NCBI RefSeq assembly: GCF_036321535.1
Contig: NC_087437.1
Span: 64,110,001-64,174,000 of the forward strand
Source: Camelus dromedarius
Taxonomy: Eukaryota
Length of the DNA: 64,000 nucleotides
Direction of reading: 5' to 3'
Made by a program: the position numbers and the translations under genes. Positions 51,301 to 59,513 of this stretch are shown piece by piece. The notes beneath the pieces were generated by a model. The model ran no database searches. It was not told the DNA's origin and worked only from the letters and a program-made list of their open reading frames with translations. How positions within the stretch are numbered: position 1 is the stretch's first letter; every line of letters begins with the position of its first letter.

Positions 51301-52318
51301 CTGTCCTAAAATAAGGAAGACCTAAGTTAAAGAAGTGACGTGGAAGGGAGCCACATTATCCTACCACACACCCAGAGCAACGCCAAGGCCAAACCTGGGA
51401 CCCTGTGCGCTGTGGACACAGCCATTCCGAGCTCTCAAGGATGTCCCGGCGGCACCTCCCGCCCCACAAGCGCACCAAACTCCTTTGGAGAGCCCACATT
51501 CCCACCAGCACCCTGGTCCACTCCTCCTTCACTCTTGTATGGCTTTACAGTTTACAGAGCTTCTTCCTCTGACTTCTCATCCGACCCCCCTGACAACTTT
51601 GTGAGGTGGGCATCTAAAGCGTTCCACTTCATGGGAAGTCAGGTACATGAAATAATACGCCGCATCACAAGCCAGAGAGGCTGAGGTTCCAGCCGGCCTC
51701 AGTTGGGTGAAGGAACAGAACTCCCCCGCGGCGACCCCACCCAGCCTGCCGAGCCTGGCCAGCGGGCGGGGGCCCATGTGACGACCCGCAGTTTACCGGC
51801 TGCTCAGGGTCAAAACCAAGAATAAGCTGGCCCTAAAACAAGCCTTCCGGCAGTGCAGGTGGAAAGCACCCCCGTCCCACCCCGTACTCACACAGGTGCA
51901 GGGCCCGCAGTCTGGGACGCCGCACCCCCGCAAGCCGTCAGCGTCCAGCCCTAGCGCGAGGCCGCCCCCTGACTGCGCCCCCGCAAAGTTGTATCCGCGG
52001 TGCAAGCACCCCGCGAGGGATCGCCTGGCGCCCCCGGGCTCCATCCGACCTTTGCTCCCGGGAGCACTCCGCTAGGAGGGCACCGAGGCCGCCCTTCTGT
52101 GTTCCCCGCAGCCACCGGGTCCTCGCCTGCATGGCCTGCACGCCCCCACCCAGACACCCGGAGGGCATCAATTTCCCCGCATGTCCCGGGAGGGCCGGGA
52201 GAAGCAAGCGCGGACCCGCACGCCGGGCGCACATGCGGTCCCGGCCCGGACCCCAGCACCACAGCCTCACCCAGACCGCCAGCAGCAGCAGCAGCCACGC
52301 CGGCCCGAACCGCGCCAT
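6709..52318 (-). CDS. PDIA5: Protein disulfide isomerase A5 (PDIR), spliced CDS exons 1-8, 3'-partial (continues left of the window)
   Basis: join of 52271-52318, 31429-31555, 28458-28545, 19107-19190, 18811-18856, 14867-14959, 11756-11816, 6709-6776 (615 nt, all GT-AG, frame continuous) gives MARFGPAWLLLLLAVWVVLPTLLSSIQFSSLIERISDAKDLKKLLRTRNNVLVLYSKSEAAAESHLKLLSTVAQAVKGQGTICWVDCGDTESRKLCKKMKVDLSAKDKNVELFHYQDGAFHTEYNRAVTFKSIVAFLKDPKGPPLWEEDPGAKDVVHIDSEKDFRRLLKKEEKPILIIFYSPWCSLCKRTMPHFQKAATQLRGQF, recognisable as PDIA5. Confidence 0.97.
9242..9556 (+). mobile_element. LINE-1 3' UTR fragment with target-site duplication
   Basis: acaaaacagaaacagactc...gtatagcacagggaactat...tgctgtacaccagaaatt...A-tail; flanking direct repeat TGTGATCAAAG at 9231-9241 and 9563-9573. 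Confidence 0.88.
10667..11108. mobile_element. hAT-Charlie-type MITE(s); MER58-like segment (~10720-10890) within another hAT element
   Basis: Terminal cagggtttctca...tttgaaagccactg; internal gatgtgactgtgttcccacaaaatttaatttaca...atttgctgaccc typical of MER58. Confidence 0.65.
11756..11816 (-). CDS. PDIA5: PDIA5 exon 7 (DFRRLLKK...IFYSP)
   Basis: 61 nt; acceptor gcctcag|GAC, donor CCT|gtgagt; visible inside ORF 11748..11972. Confidence 0.96.
11960..12090. mobile_element. MIR SINE fragment
   Basis: ttacagatggggaaactgaggtcc...ttcccaaggccac core. Confidence 0.7.
12650..13060 (+). mobile_element. Old LINE-1 (L1M-type) 3' UTR fragment
   Basis: AT-rich; ggctactactgcatccttaaaaatga...gttttctaaattttcaacaatgaatatacatta resembles old L1 3' ends. 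Confidence 0.55.
14452..14552 (+). mobile_element. tRNA-derived SINE (camelid Vic-1-like)
   Basis: A-box TAGCTTAGTGG, degenerate B-box GGTTTAACTCC, ends CAGTATCTCCA followed by an A-tail. Confidence 0.88.
14867..14959 (-). CDS. PDIA5: PDIA5 exon 6 (SIVAFLKDP...HIDSEK)
   Basis: 93 nt; long polypyrimidine acceptor tttttctcag|TCC, donor AAG|gtaatt; visible inside ORF 14684..15058. Confidence 0.96.
18811..18856 (-). CDS. PDIA5: PDIA5 exon 5 (DGAFHTEYNRAVTFK)
   Basis: 46 nt; acceptor tttgacag|GG, donor AAG|gtaagt. Confidence 0.96.
19107..19190 (-). CDS. PDIA5: PDIA5 exon 4 (DTESRKLC...LFHYQ)
   Basis: 84 nt; acceptor tctttcag|TG, donor CCA|gtaagt. Confidence 0.96.
19478..19635. mobile_element. 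MER5-like hAT MITE
   Basis: tagtggttccc...attagaatcacctggggaagtctttaaaaatactga. Confidence 0.7.
19862..20018. mobile_element. MER5A-like hAT MITE
   Basis: tctcagagtgtggtcc...cagcagcatcagcaccacccaggaaactgttagaaatgcaaattctc...agacctactcaatcaaaactc. Confidence 0.8.
21671..21725 (+). repeat. Compound (GACA)n/(CA)n microsatellite
   Basis: Read directly. Confidence 0.95.
22103..22132 (+). repeat. (TG)15 microsatellite
   Basis: Read directly. Confidence 0.95.
24510..24712 (+). repeat. GA-rich low-complexity region
   Basis: About 200 nt dominated by G and A. Confidence 0.75.
25250..25395. mobile_element. MIR SINE fragment
   Basis: tattattgtcccattttactgatgaggaaacagac...gtaactgacctgtccaaggtc...agctagtaagtagtggagctg. 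Confidence 0.75.
28458..28545 (-). CDS. PDIA5: PDIA5 exon 3 (EAAAESHL...CWVDCG)
   Basis: 88 nt; acceptor tttttacag|AG, donor TGG|gtatgt. Confidence 0.96.
31429..31555 (-). CDS. PDIA5: PDIA5 exon 2 (VVLPTLL...VLYSKS)
   Basis: 127 nt; acceptor ccccag|GTG, donor TCTG|gtaagt. Confidence 0.96.
31785..31909 (-). mobile_element. tRNA-derived SINE (camelid Vic-1-like)
   Basis: Reverse complement GGGGAGGGTAATAGCTTAGTGGTAGAGCAC...GGTCCTGGGTTCAATCCC...CTCCA plus A-tail; imperfect TSD tcttcatgcac / tcttcatggac. Confidence 0.92.
32780..33790 (+). mobile_element. Old LINE-1 fragment (ORF1 region), interrupted by a younger L1 3' end
   Basis: A-rich; aaggaaataattcaggacaatatcccagaactgaaggg and tcagaattggcacaagactgctca resemble decayed L1 ORF1. 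Confidence 0.6.
33104..33300 (+). mobile_element. Young LINE-1 extreme 3' end
   Basis: gtagaatagataaacaagattgtactgtgtagcacagggaaatatattca...tgtgctctacactggaatttgacacaacattgtaaaatgactataactcaatt followed by an A-tail. Confidence 0.85.
37010..37190 (+). repeat. Degenerate ~17-20 bp minisatellite
   Basis: Two perfect AACCCCTGCCACAGTAC units (37040-37073) plus diverged neighbours ending in CAGAGTAC. Confidence 0.75.
37400..37640. mobile_element. MIR SINE
   Basis: gaagtcagacagacctcgggtcaaacccagg...gaggattaaatgag...cttggcacacagaagcac. Confidence 0.8.
37865..38010. mobile_element. MIR SINE fragment (opposite orientation to the 37400 copy)
   Basis: tacagatgaagaaactgaggctcagagaggttaacttaccaaagtcacacag. 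Confidence 0.8.
39090..39520 (+). mobile_element. MaLR LTR (old MLT1-type)
   Basis: tcccttgcagcaagtgtggccatgtgattaaattcc...gatggctggaactcaagcagccacctt...tgtgagtgaaataaac. Confidence 0.7.
40480..41720 (+). mobile_element. Old LINE-1 3' fragments (L1M-type), interrupted by a SINE
   Basis: gtaattccactttcgggaat...aaacaacctaaatatccaacagcaggggaatggtt; cccgattttgaccactgtactctggctatgtaagagaatgtcctt...tctgtaagtctgactatttcaaaat. Confidence 0.65.
41545..41675 (-). mobile_element. tRNA-derived SINE (camelid Vic-1-like)
   Basis: Reverse complement GGAGGGTATATAGCTCAGTGG...CCTGGGTTCAATCCCCAGT...(AAAT)n tail. Confidence 0.9.
42216..42334 (+). repeat. 92-nt pure purine (GA/GGA) tract followed by (GT)14
   Basis: Read directly. 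Confidence 0.95.
42490..42730. mobile_element. MIR SINE
   Basis: attatacctattctacagattaggaagctgagg...ttagaaacttgctcgacattacacagcaagtagg. Confidence 0.7.
43278..43520. mobile_element. hAT-Charlie-type MITE (similar to 10890-11108)
   Basis: cagtgttttcca...cagtgggttatcaccagcattttttaaaaa...aaaatgtatgaaaaactg. Confidence 0.55.
45000..45458. mobile_element. hAT-Charlie-derived DNA transposon fragment
   Basis: ggtctatgaatttggatgg...acatctttattttcactagtctctcactgaaatttagc...ggtttcctctgtaatcctatgcatt...gggtccacaggtcttca. Confidence 0.6.
49250..49720 (-). mobile_element. Old LINE-1 fragment
   Basis: catttaagccatttccatatttttgctattgtaaaaa...gtgaacatcc, antisense L1 3' signature. Confidence 0.55.
50094..50502 (+). 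mobile_element. ERV1-class solo LTR (409 bp), antisense to PDIA5 in intron 1
   Basis: TG...CA termini (tgagacagg...ggtaaca), AATAAA at ~50423 followed by a U5-like segment, 4-bp flanks cttc/ctcc (TSD with one mismatch). Confidence 0.8.
52271..52318 (-). CDS. PDIA5: PDIA5 coding exon 1 (signal peptide start MARFGPAWLLLLLAVW)
   Basis: ATG in strong Kozak context (GTGATGG), 48 nt, donor TGG|gtgagg, inside the CpG island. Confidence 0.95.
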
Positions 52319-52436
52319 CACCGCCACGGCTGCCAACGGCCGGCTGTGGTCCCCACTTGGGCTGCCGAGCGCACAGCTCCGCCGGGTGCTGCCGCCACGA
52401 CCACTTCCCAACCGCTCCCCGCCTCCGAGTTCCCCG

Positions 52437-52446
52437 TGCCACGTCT
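52437..52446 (+). promoter_or_regulatory. UPRE-like bZIP site (XBP1s/ATF6/CREB3L class)
   Basis: TGCCACGTCT, 9/10 match to TGCCACGTCA. Confidence 0.5.
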
Positions 52447-52452
52447 GCCAAA

Positions 52453-52462
52453 GCATGCGCAT
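52453..52462. promoter_or_regulatory. NRF1-like motif
   Basis: GCATGCGCAT resembles the NRF1 consensus GCGCATGCGC. Confidence 0.4.
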
Positions 52463-52489
52463 CACGCTGGGAGAGGCCGCCGGGCAGAA

Positions 52490-52511
52490 GTGCATGCTGG
52501 GAGTTGTAGTT
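52490..52511 (-). promoter_or_regulatory. ZNF143/THAP11-type (ACTACA-SBS) promoter motif
   Basis: Minus strand AACTACAACTCCCAGCATGCAC matches ACTACAnnTCCCAnnATGC, about 175 nt upstream of the ATG. Confidence 0.8.
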
Positions 52512-52679
52512 TGCAGCAAGGCTGAGCTGAGGGATGGGGGCCGCTGGTGTGGACTTGGCCCCCAGGCCACAGGGAAGCCTGAGTGAAGTGCGATGTGGTC
52601 AATGTCGGGGAGTAAGGGAAGGCAATTAATTCGGGGAGGCGGGGGGCGCTAATTCTGTGCCTTGAACTTTAGAAACAAG

Positions 52680-52795
52680 ATCTCCTTCAGCTTACCGAGG
52701 TAAGTTTTATTTTCCCCACTTTGAAGATGAGGAGGCGGCTCAGAGAACTTAAGTAATTTGACCCAGATCACACAGCCTGCAAATCCAGGGCTGTT
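52680..52795. mobile_element. MIR SINE fragment
   Basis: ccccactttgaagatgagg...gctcagagaacttaagtaatttgacccagatcacacagc. Confidence 0.7.
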
Positions 52796-52879
52796 TGTGG
52801 AGGACAGGAAAAGCCCTGTCTCTGCCGCCCCAGCTCCCACATACTGTTCCTTTTTTTCATGCAGCAGAACTTCATTGAG

Positions 52880-53486
52880 CTGTTGGAGAACAGTTTGACA
52901 ATTCCTTAAAAAGTTGAACATAGATTACCGTATAATCCAACAATGCCACTCCTGGGCATGTACCCAAAAGAGCTGAAAACAGATACTCAAACAAATACTT
53001 GTACACAAATGTTCATAGCAGCACTACTAACAGTAGCCAAGAGGTAGAAACAACCCAAGTGTCCACTGAGGGATGAGCAGGCAAACAAAATGTGATATAT
53101 TCATTACGGTGGAATATTATTCAGCCATAAAAATGAATGAGCTACTGAGACATTCTACAACGTGGATGAACCTCAAAAATATTAAGCTAAGAAAGAAGCC
53201 AGACACCAAAGATCACATATTGTATGATTACATTTATACGAACCACCCAGAAATAGGCAAATCCATAGCAACATAAAGCAGATTAGTGGTCCCCTGGGGC
53301 TGCGGGGATGAGGGAATGGGGAGTGACTGTTCAATGGGTACAGTATCTCCTTTGGGGGTGGTGAAAGTAATTTGGAACGAGACAGAAGTGATGGTTGCAC
53401 AACATTGTGAATGTACTCAATGCTACTGAATTTATATGTTCAATGGTTACTTTTACGTTATGTGAATTTTACCTCAATAAAAAAGA
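52880..53486 (+). mobile_element. LINE-1 3' end (L1MB-like)
   Basis: tggagaacagtttgacaattccttaaaaagttgaacatag...gaaacaacccaagtgtcca...tgtgaattttacctcaataaaaaa; ORF track shows VEYYSAIKMNELL..TTWMNLKNI. Confidence 0.9.
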
Positions 53487-53769
53487 GCAAAAACAAATTC
53501 CAATAGAAAATTTTTGTATAAATCTAAATGTCCTTAATAAAATATATTCAGAAAACTAAAAAGAAATCAAAAAGAAAAAAACCTTTATTGAACCCATTTT
53601 GTGTGCTAAAACATTCATGCATGCAATCAGTTATTTATTTAAGAATGTTTATTCAATACCTAATACATCCTGAGGCTCATATATAGTAGTGAGATGGACA
53701 AGGAAGTGCACAGTCTGGGGTTAATAGGTCATAGCTAGAAGATCTTTGCTCACTGTCTGGTGGTTCAAA

Positions 53770-54557
53770 GATCAAAACCTAGCAGTCATCCTTGACTCAC
53801 CCTCACTTCTCAATAGGCCCATCCACCCATCACCACAACCTGTTAGTTCTACCTCCAAAATATATCTCTTTGCCACCTCCTGAGTCTAAGTCACTGACAA
53901 GTGTCACCCAGACAAGGGTGAAATCTCCTGATTCATTTGCCTGCTGCTGTCTCCTTGTACCCCGTCAGTGCAGTTGTTAATGTCAGTCGGATCTTGCTAG
54001 CCACTCCCTGAAACCCTCCAGTGGTTTCCCATTGCCCTTAGAATGAAATCCAAACACTTTGCCATGATCTGTGAGTCCTGCATGGTCTAGAGCTGGGCTC
54101 TAGACTTCATCTCCTGCCTCTCCCCTGCATTGTCCACTAGACGTCAGTTACACAGACCACCATTTCCTGCTCATTTCCCCCCCACAAAGCTGATCCCACT
54201 TCAGTGCTAGTACTTTTCTTATTCTCTCTGCCTTAACACTTTCCCTGGCCCTTGGTTGGACTGCTACCTTATATATCCCCCTCAGAGAGGCCCATGGAGC
54301 AACTCATCTAAAGGAAATTTTACCCTCCCCACCCCCAAGCCCCTTATTCTCTAGCTCAGGTTCTGTTGATTCCTTGCCAGCTCTTATCACAATCTGCAAT
54401 TATTCACTTAGTTAATGTGTTCATTGTCTATTGCTACAAGTGGAATGTAAGTTTCATGTCTCTTTTGTTGGCCACCTAACTTCAGAGCCTAACACAGGCC
54501 CTGAGCCTCAGGTAGTTCTCAGAGTTCTTTCTGATGAATGATTGAATGATTGAATGA
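53770..54557 (+). mobile_element. LINE-2 3' fragment
   Basis: aaaacctagcagtcatccttgactc...ctacctccaaaatatatctc...aaaccctccagtggtttcccattgcccttagaatgaaatccaaa...(TGAA)-type tail. Confidence 0.8.
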
Positions 54558-54714
54558 GGTGATGTGTTGGGAGTTTCAGAAATCCCTGAGGCAGATTGGA
54601 GACAGGACTTCCTCTGTGGGCTCTGCTCTGCATCCTCAAGCTCACCATCTGCATTTGGGAAAATGGTCCATTCAGCTCCTCTCTGTGGGTCTCTGTTTCT
54701 CACCTATAAAATGA

Positions 54715-55705
54715 AGCAGCTGGCAAGGATGTAGAGCAACTGTGCTCCCATATATTGCTGATGGGAGTATAATTTGGTTTGACCACTTTGAGCAACACTA
54801 CATGTGCAAAATATGTACCTATATGTTGATAGCAGCTTTTTTCATAGTATTTTTTGGGGGCTGAACTGTGCTTTCCCCCTGCCCCCCACCAAGTTCACAC
54901 ACTGAAGTCCTAACCCCTGTACTTTAGGATATGACTATATTTGGAAATAAGCCCTTGAAGAAGTAATTACGGTTGAATGAGATTATTAGGGTGAGCCCTA
55001 ATCCAATATGACCAGTGTCCTTATAAAAAGGGGACACTGGGACAGGCACAAAGAAGGAAAAACTATATGAAGACACAGAGAGAAGATAGCTACAAGCCAA
55101 GGAGAGAGGTCCTCCGAAGAAACCATCCCTGCTGATGCCTTGATCTTGGGCTTCCAGCCTCCAGAGTTCTGAGAAAGTAAATTTCTGTTGTTTAAGCCAC
55201 CTGCCTGTGGTACTTTATTATGGCAACCCTAGCAAACAAATACAGTGGCCAAACTGGAAAAAATCCAAACGTCCTTGAAAGAAAAATAGATAAGTGAATG
55301 ATGCCCTATTCTGCAATTTAAAAAAAAAAAAGCACAAACTACGGCTACACACAACAACATGGATGACTCTCAAAACCCTGAAATTGAATGAAAGTAGCCA
55401 GGCATGAAAAAGCATATCCTGTGTGATTCCATGTATCTGAAGTTAAAGAACACGCCAGTGTAATCCAAGTGACGGAAGGAAAATAGGGATTCCCATGGTA
55501 GGAGGAGGGAAGGAGGAGAGATCAACTGGGAAAAAATATGAGCAAACCTCTGGGTGCTAGAAATGTTCTATATCGTCATTAAATGATGGTTACATGACCA
55601 CCCACCTATGTAAAAATGAATTAATTAATTGAGCTGTATGTTAAGATTTGTAAACTTTACTGCATGTAAATCATGTCTCTATTTTTTTTCAAGTTAAAAA
55701 AAAAT
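54715..55705 (+). mobile_element. Old LINE-1 3' fragment split by an MLT1 LTR
   Basis: gctggcaaggatgtagagcaactg...gcagcttttttcatag | resumes ggccaaactggaaaaaatccaaacgtcc... Confidence 0.7.
54848..55244 (+). mobile_element. MaLR solo LTR (MLT1A/B/C-like)
   Basis: gggctgaactgtg...gaagtcctaacccc...agggtgagccctaatccaatatgacc...cttccagcctccaga...aaatttctgttgtttaagccac...ctagcaaacaaataca. Confidence 0.9.
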
Positions 55706-56284
55706 GAGAGGTAGAGTGAATCAGCTAATCTACGAGATCCCTTATAACTCTTGTATCTCCTGAGTCCACAACTAGCTGAAAGCTCCTGGGTCGGGAGGAG
55801 GACTGAACTCTGCAGAAATGTGACTGCCAGAGGGGGAAAGAGTTCCGGGGAGGAAGGAAGGAAGGAAACCATGTGCCTGTGAGCCAGAGAACCAGAGGGC
55901 AGGGGACTGAGACGGAAAAGTAAAAACTGCCAAGAAAACAGGCCATTTCATCCTGCAATTAAAACTACCTCAAATGAGATTGGTGGCCCTTCTGGGAATG
56001 TTTAACAATTCTAAGCTTCACTCTCCTTGAAATATTAGGAGAATAGTGCAGGGCACGTGCTGGCCCTCCTCCATCGCAGCCCTCAGTGGGAACCATCCAT
56101 TCTCCAGCAGCAGCCCCACGGGGCCCGGCCGGAGAAACTTCTCATCCTGCGGTTCATTGTGAATCGGGACACCGCCTTCTATTTGTGTAGCCAGTTCCTA
56201 ACCGTCATCTCGCCTGCGAGGAGGACTCGCACAATGACCGTTTTCTGACATTCAAGCAAGGATGAGAATTGGCCAGAACAAAAT

Positions 56285-56570
56285 AGGAGGAATGAAGAGC
56301 CAAAGAGCCGAGACACAAAAGAGTATATTCTGTATAGTTTAACTTATATCAGCTACAAATGGGCAAAAGTTCTCTATTTTGTCAGAAGTCAGGGTAGTGA
56401 GAAGAGTGTGAGTAGTCACTGGAAGGAGTCTCTTGTGGTGCTGGGGTTCTGTTACTCCATCTGACTACAGGGTACCTGGATATGTTCACTTTGTAAAACT
56501 TCACACACATTCATGGATCATGCTGTACATATGTTCTACTTCATTAAGAAGTTCACAATTTTTTTTTTAA
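56285..56570 (+). mobile_element. Old LINE-1 3' UTR fragment
   Basis: agacacaaaagagtatattctgtatagttt...tcagaagtcagggtagtga...tgttcactttgtaaaacttca. Confidence 0.6.
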
Positions 56571-56944
56571 AGAGGAGGAATGAGATGGCAGGAAAGAATT
56601 TTCAGCTCCAAATACTTAAGTTGGAAGGAGAGGGAATTCCAAAGAAGAGATAGCTGGGGAATCATTAGTAATCCCTACACCCAGGTGAGCAGTGAGTCCC
56701 ACGAAAACACCCCTTGCTGCTCACAGCCTTAGCCTCTGCTCATCAAGTCTGCTGGCATGCCACCCCGCCCACACTCCCCGGCTTGGCCCATACACACCCA
56801 GCTTGGATATTCCTCCTCCAAAAGCCTCTTCTGACCCTTATCACACTCCCACCAACAGTCCAGCAGTCTGGGCCTAGGTGTCCCTTCTCTGTGCTCCCAT
56901 AATTTCCCAGGTGGGATGTGGTCCTTAAGAGCATGGACTGTGAC

Positions 56945-57945
56945 AAACTCATAGAGATAAAGTAGAACAGTGGTTTCCAGGGGCTCAGGGGAAAGGGGAA
57001 TGAGGAGTTAATATTTAATGCGTGCAGAATTTCAGTAGGAAGATTAAGGCGTTCTGGAGTTGGATCGTGGTGATGGTTGCTCTATGATGTGAATGTACTC
57101 AATACCGTTAAATGTATACTTTAAAATGTTTAAAAATGCAGGATAATCTTTTCAACAAATGATGTTGGGAAAACTGGATGTCCATACACAAAAGAATGAA
57201 GTTGGATTCTTACTTCACAGCACATACAAAGATTAACTCAAAGGGGTCAAAGACCTAAATGTAAAAGCTAAAACTATAAAACTCTAAGAAGGAAACACAG
57301 GGGAAAAGTTTCATGACAATGGATTCAGCAGTGATTTCTTGGATATGAAACCAAAAGCACTGGCAACAAAAGTAAAAATAGATAAATTGGGCTACATCAA
57401 AATTTAAAACTTCTGTACATCAAAGGATACAATTAACAGAGTGAAAAGGCAACCCACAGAATGGGAGAAAATATTTGTAAATCATATATCCAAGAAGAGG
57501 CATGAAAGAAAAAGCAAAACAGAGGCCACAGTTTGAATACACCCAGAGACCCAACACTCATAGTCACATAACCAAAACTTAAGAGTGTCCTGACTTTCCC
57601 AAAATGCTGACTCTGACCTTAAACAAAGTTTAAGCTTTCTTCATATCAGTATGATCTTACAGCTGCCTCACCCATCAGCTACAAACAAGCAAGCTTATGC
57701 AGTAAAGGAATGTTAAGTTTCTGGTAACCAATCACAACAGAAAATAAGGTACTTCTCAATCATGCTTTATAAACTGTCCACTTAAAAACAGTTAAAATGG
57801 CAAATTTTATGTTATGTACATTTTACCATAATCTTAAAATGAAAAATTAAAATAAAAAATGACCTTAAAAAAAAGACTCTCCATTTAAAGAAAGATAGTT
57901 AAAATGGTAAATTTTATGTTGTGTATATTTCACCACAAAAAAAAA
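56945..57945 (+). mobile_element. Nested LINE-1 cluster (L1M 3' UTR, ORF2 fragment ~57138-57495, LTR-like segment ~57500-57780, two L1 3' termini)
   Basis: atagagataaagtagaacagtggtttccagggg...; aatcttttcaacaaatgatgttgggaaaactggat...gaaaaggcaacccacagaatgggagaaaatattt is L1 ORF2-like. Confidence 0.8.
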
Positions 57946-57954
57946 CAAGAACAT

Positions 57955-58145
57955 GAGCTGTGACCTTAGAAAGGCAGGGGTTTGAGTACTGTCTCTGCCA
58001 CTCACTAGCTGCATAACCTTAGAGGAGTCACATGACTTCAGATCCCCATTCTGCAAAATGGGAATAGCAATAGCATTAGCCTCACAGGGCTATATCAAGG
58101 ATTAAATGAGATTATATGTGCAAAATATCTAGCTAGCATTTGTAT
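57955..58145. mobile_element. MIR SINE
   Basis: tctgccactcactagctg...cattctgcaaaatgggaatagcaatagc...ctcacagggc...aggattaaatgagattat. Confidence 0.8.
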
Positions 58146-59513
58146 CCAGTAAATATTTCTCTCTTCTTTGACGGCCCTGTTCACAATGTATTATAATTTC
58201 CTCCAGTGTCCAATTCCTCAACCACCCTAATCCCCACGCCCCAAGACACACACACATTAGATGTGAACACTTGAGGACAACGACTCCATCCAGTTTACCT
58301 TGTTTATCTTTGTGTCCCCTAGTGGTCAGGCCGGTGCCCAGCACACAGTAGGAGCTCCTGAAATGTTTAAAATGAACTTCAGCAAGAGGGCCTGACTAAG
58401 CAGAAAGGAAACCGTCTCAAAATTAACACGGACAAACAGCAGAACAGGCTGAGCAAGTCATTTTAAGACCAAAAAAAAAAAAAAAAAAAAAAAAATCCTT
58501 ACAGACCTGGGTTAAAGTATGTCCTTCAAAAACCGGGGGTACAGAATAGACAGCTTCAGGGTGTCTCTGTCAGCCTCTTGTTTCTGTGGCAGGCCTGGAA
58601 AGTGTATGCTTTGTTATGGAATAGTAATTAGTGACTCATTATTGGACATTGCCTGAACATTCATCATAGACTCATTGCAGGGCCTCCCTCTAATATTTCA
58701 TTAAGAAAACATCATGTTAAAAAGCCCAGTCCTCAAGTCAGTAAGAGCACTTCCTGCTTGTCCTCCCCGGCATTGACCCTTAACTCTTCTAAATGTCTCA
58801 CTCCAGCTCCACCTGCTTGTCTGGGTTCTGGTTAGCAGGCAGCTTAAAACTGAGGCCCCTCAAGCTGACCCCTCGGCCTTCACTTAGAAAAATCATCTTC
58901 CCCATGTGCCTGGGTTCCCTCTAAACCCTCAGCACTCTACCCAGCCATGCCCCTCTGGCCTGGACCCGAGTGAGACCATATCAGACTTTGTCCTGGTCAG
59001 AAGGTCTCCTAGAGGGCCATATCCCTGATGTCTCCATATGTTTTTCAGTTTCTCCTTTTTTTCTCAGAACTTAGCTCTCTAACTGTTTTCACCTACAGGG
59101 CCCCAGGCCCTAGTTCATTAAAAAAATCTTTGGCTTGCTAAAACTAAACCCAGAGCTGACCTTAGATGATACCGTTTTCTCCCTTAATAACAATATCCAC
59201 CTTACTAAAGACTCTATGCTTATATTTAAAGCCAAGTGTCAAAAGCCAGGATGTCCTCACATCCTCTACCTTGTGGGGTCACCCTTCTGTTGATAGTTAC
59301 ACTAAAAATGACTCAAAACCTCATCCCACATATGATGGGAATCCTGACACCTTCCCCCATCGAATACCTCTGGAGAGTCCCAGGGACAATCCAAGATAGG
59401 GTTCTGGAAGTGATTCCGGGATGAGAGCTCCAGTATCCAGTTTCCACTGAAGCATTTGAATCTCTCTGGTGGTAGCAGATGGAGGGACCCCTAAATTAAG
59501 AAGCCCACTAAAG

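Larger units (their letters stand above)
51650..52650. promoter_or_regulatory. CpG island / PDIA5 promoter, 5' UTR and start of intron 1
   Basis: Very high GC and CpG density compared with the CpG-depleted flanks; surrounds exon 1; GC box GGGAGGCGGGG near 52634. Confidence 0.9.

Noticed and set aside
52425..52443. ERSE-like spacing CCGAG-N9-CCACG
   Set aside because: Only 3/5 match to the required CCAAT, so not a canonical ERSE
51938..52586. Several overlapping 114-210 aa ORFs on both strands
   Set aside because: Stop-codon scarcity in the CpG island; only the 48-nt exon 1 portion is supported as coding
59469..59486. TGGTAGCAGA resembling a tRNA-iMet primer-binding site
   Set aside because: Only a 10-nt match, and in the wrong orientation for the adjacent minus-strand LTR
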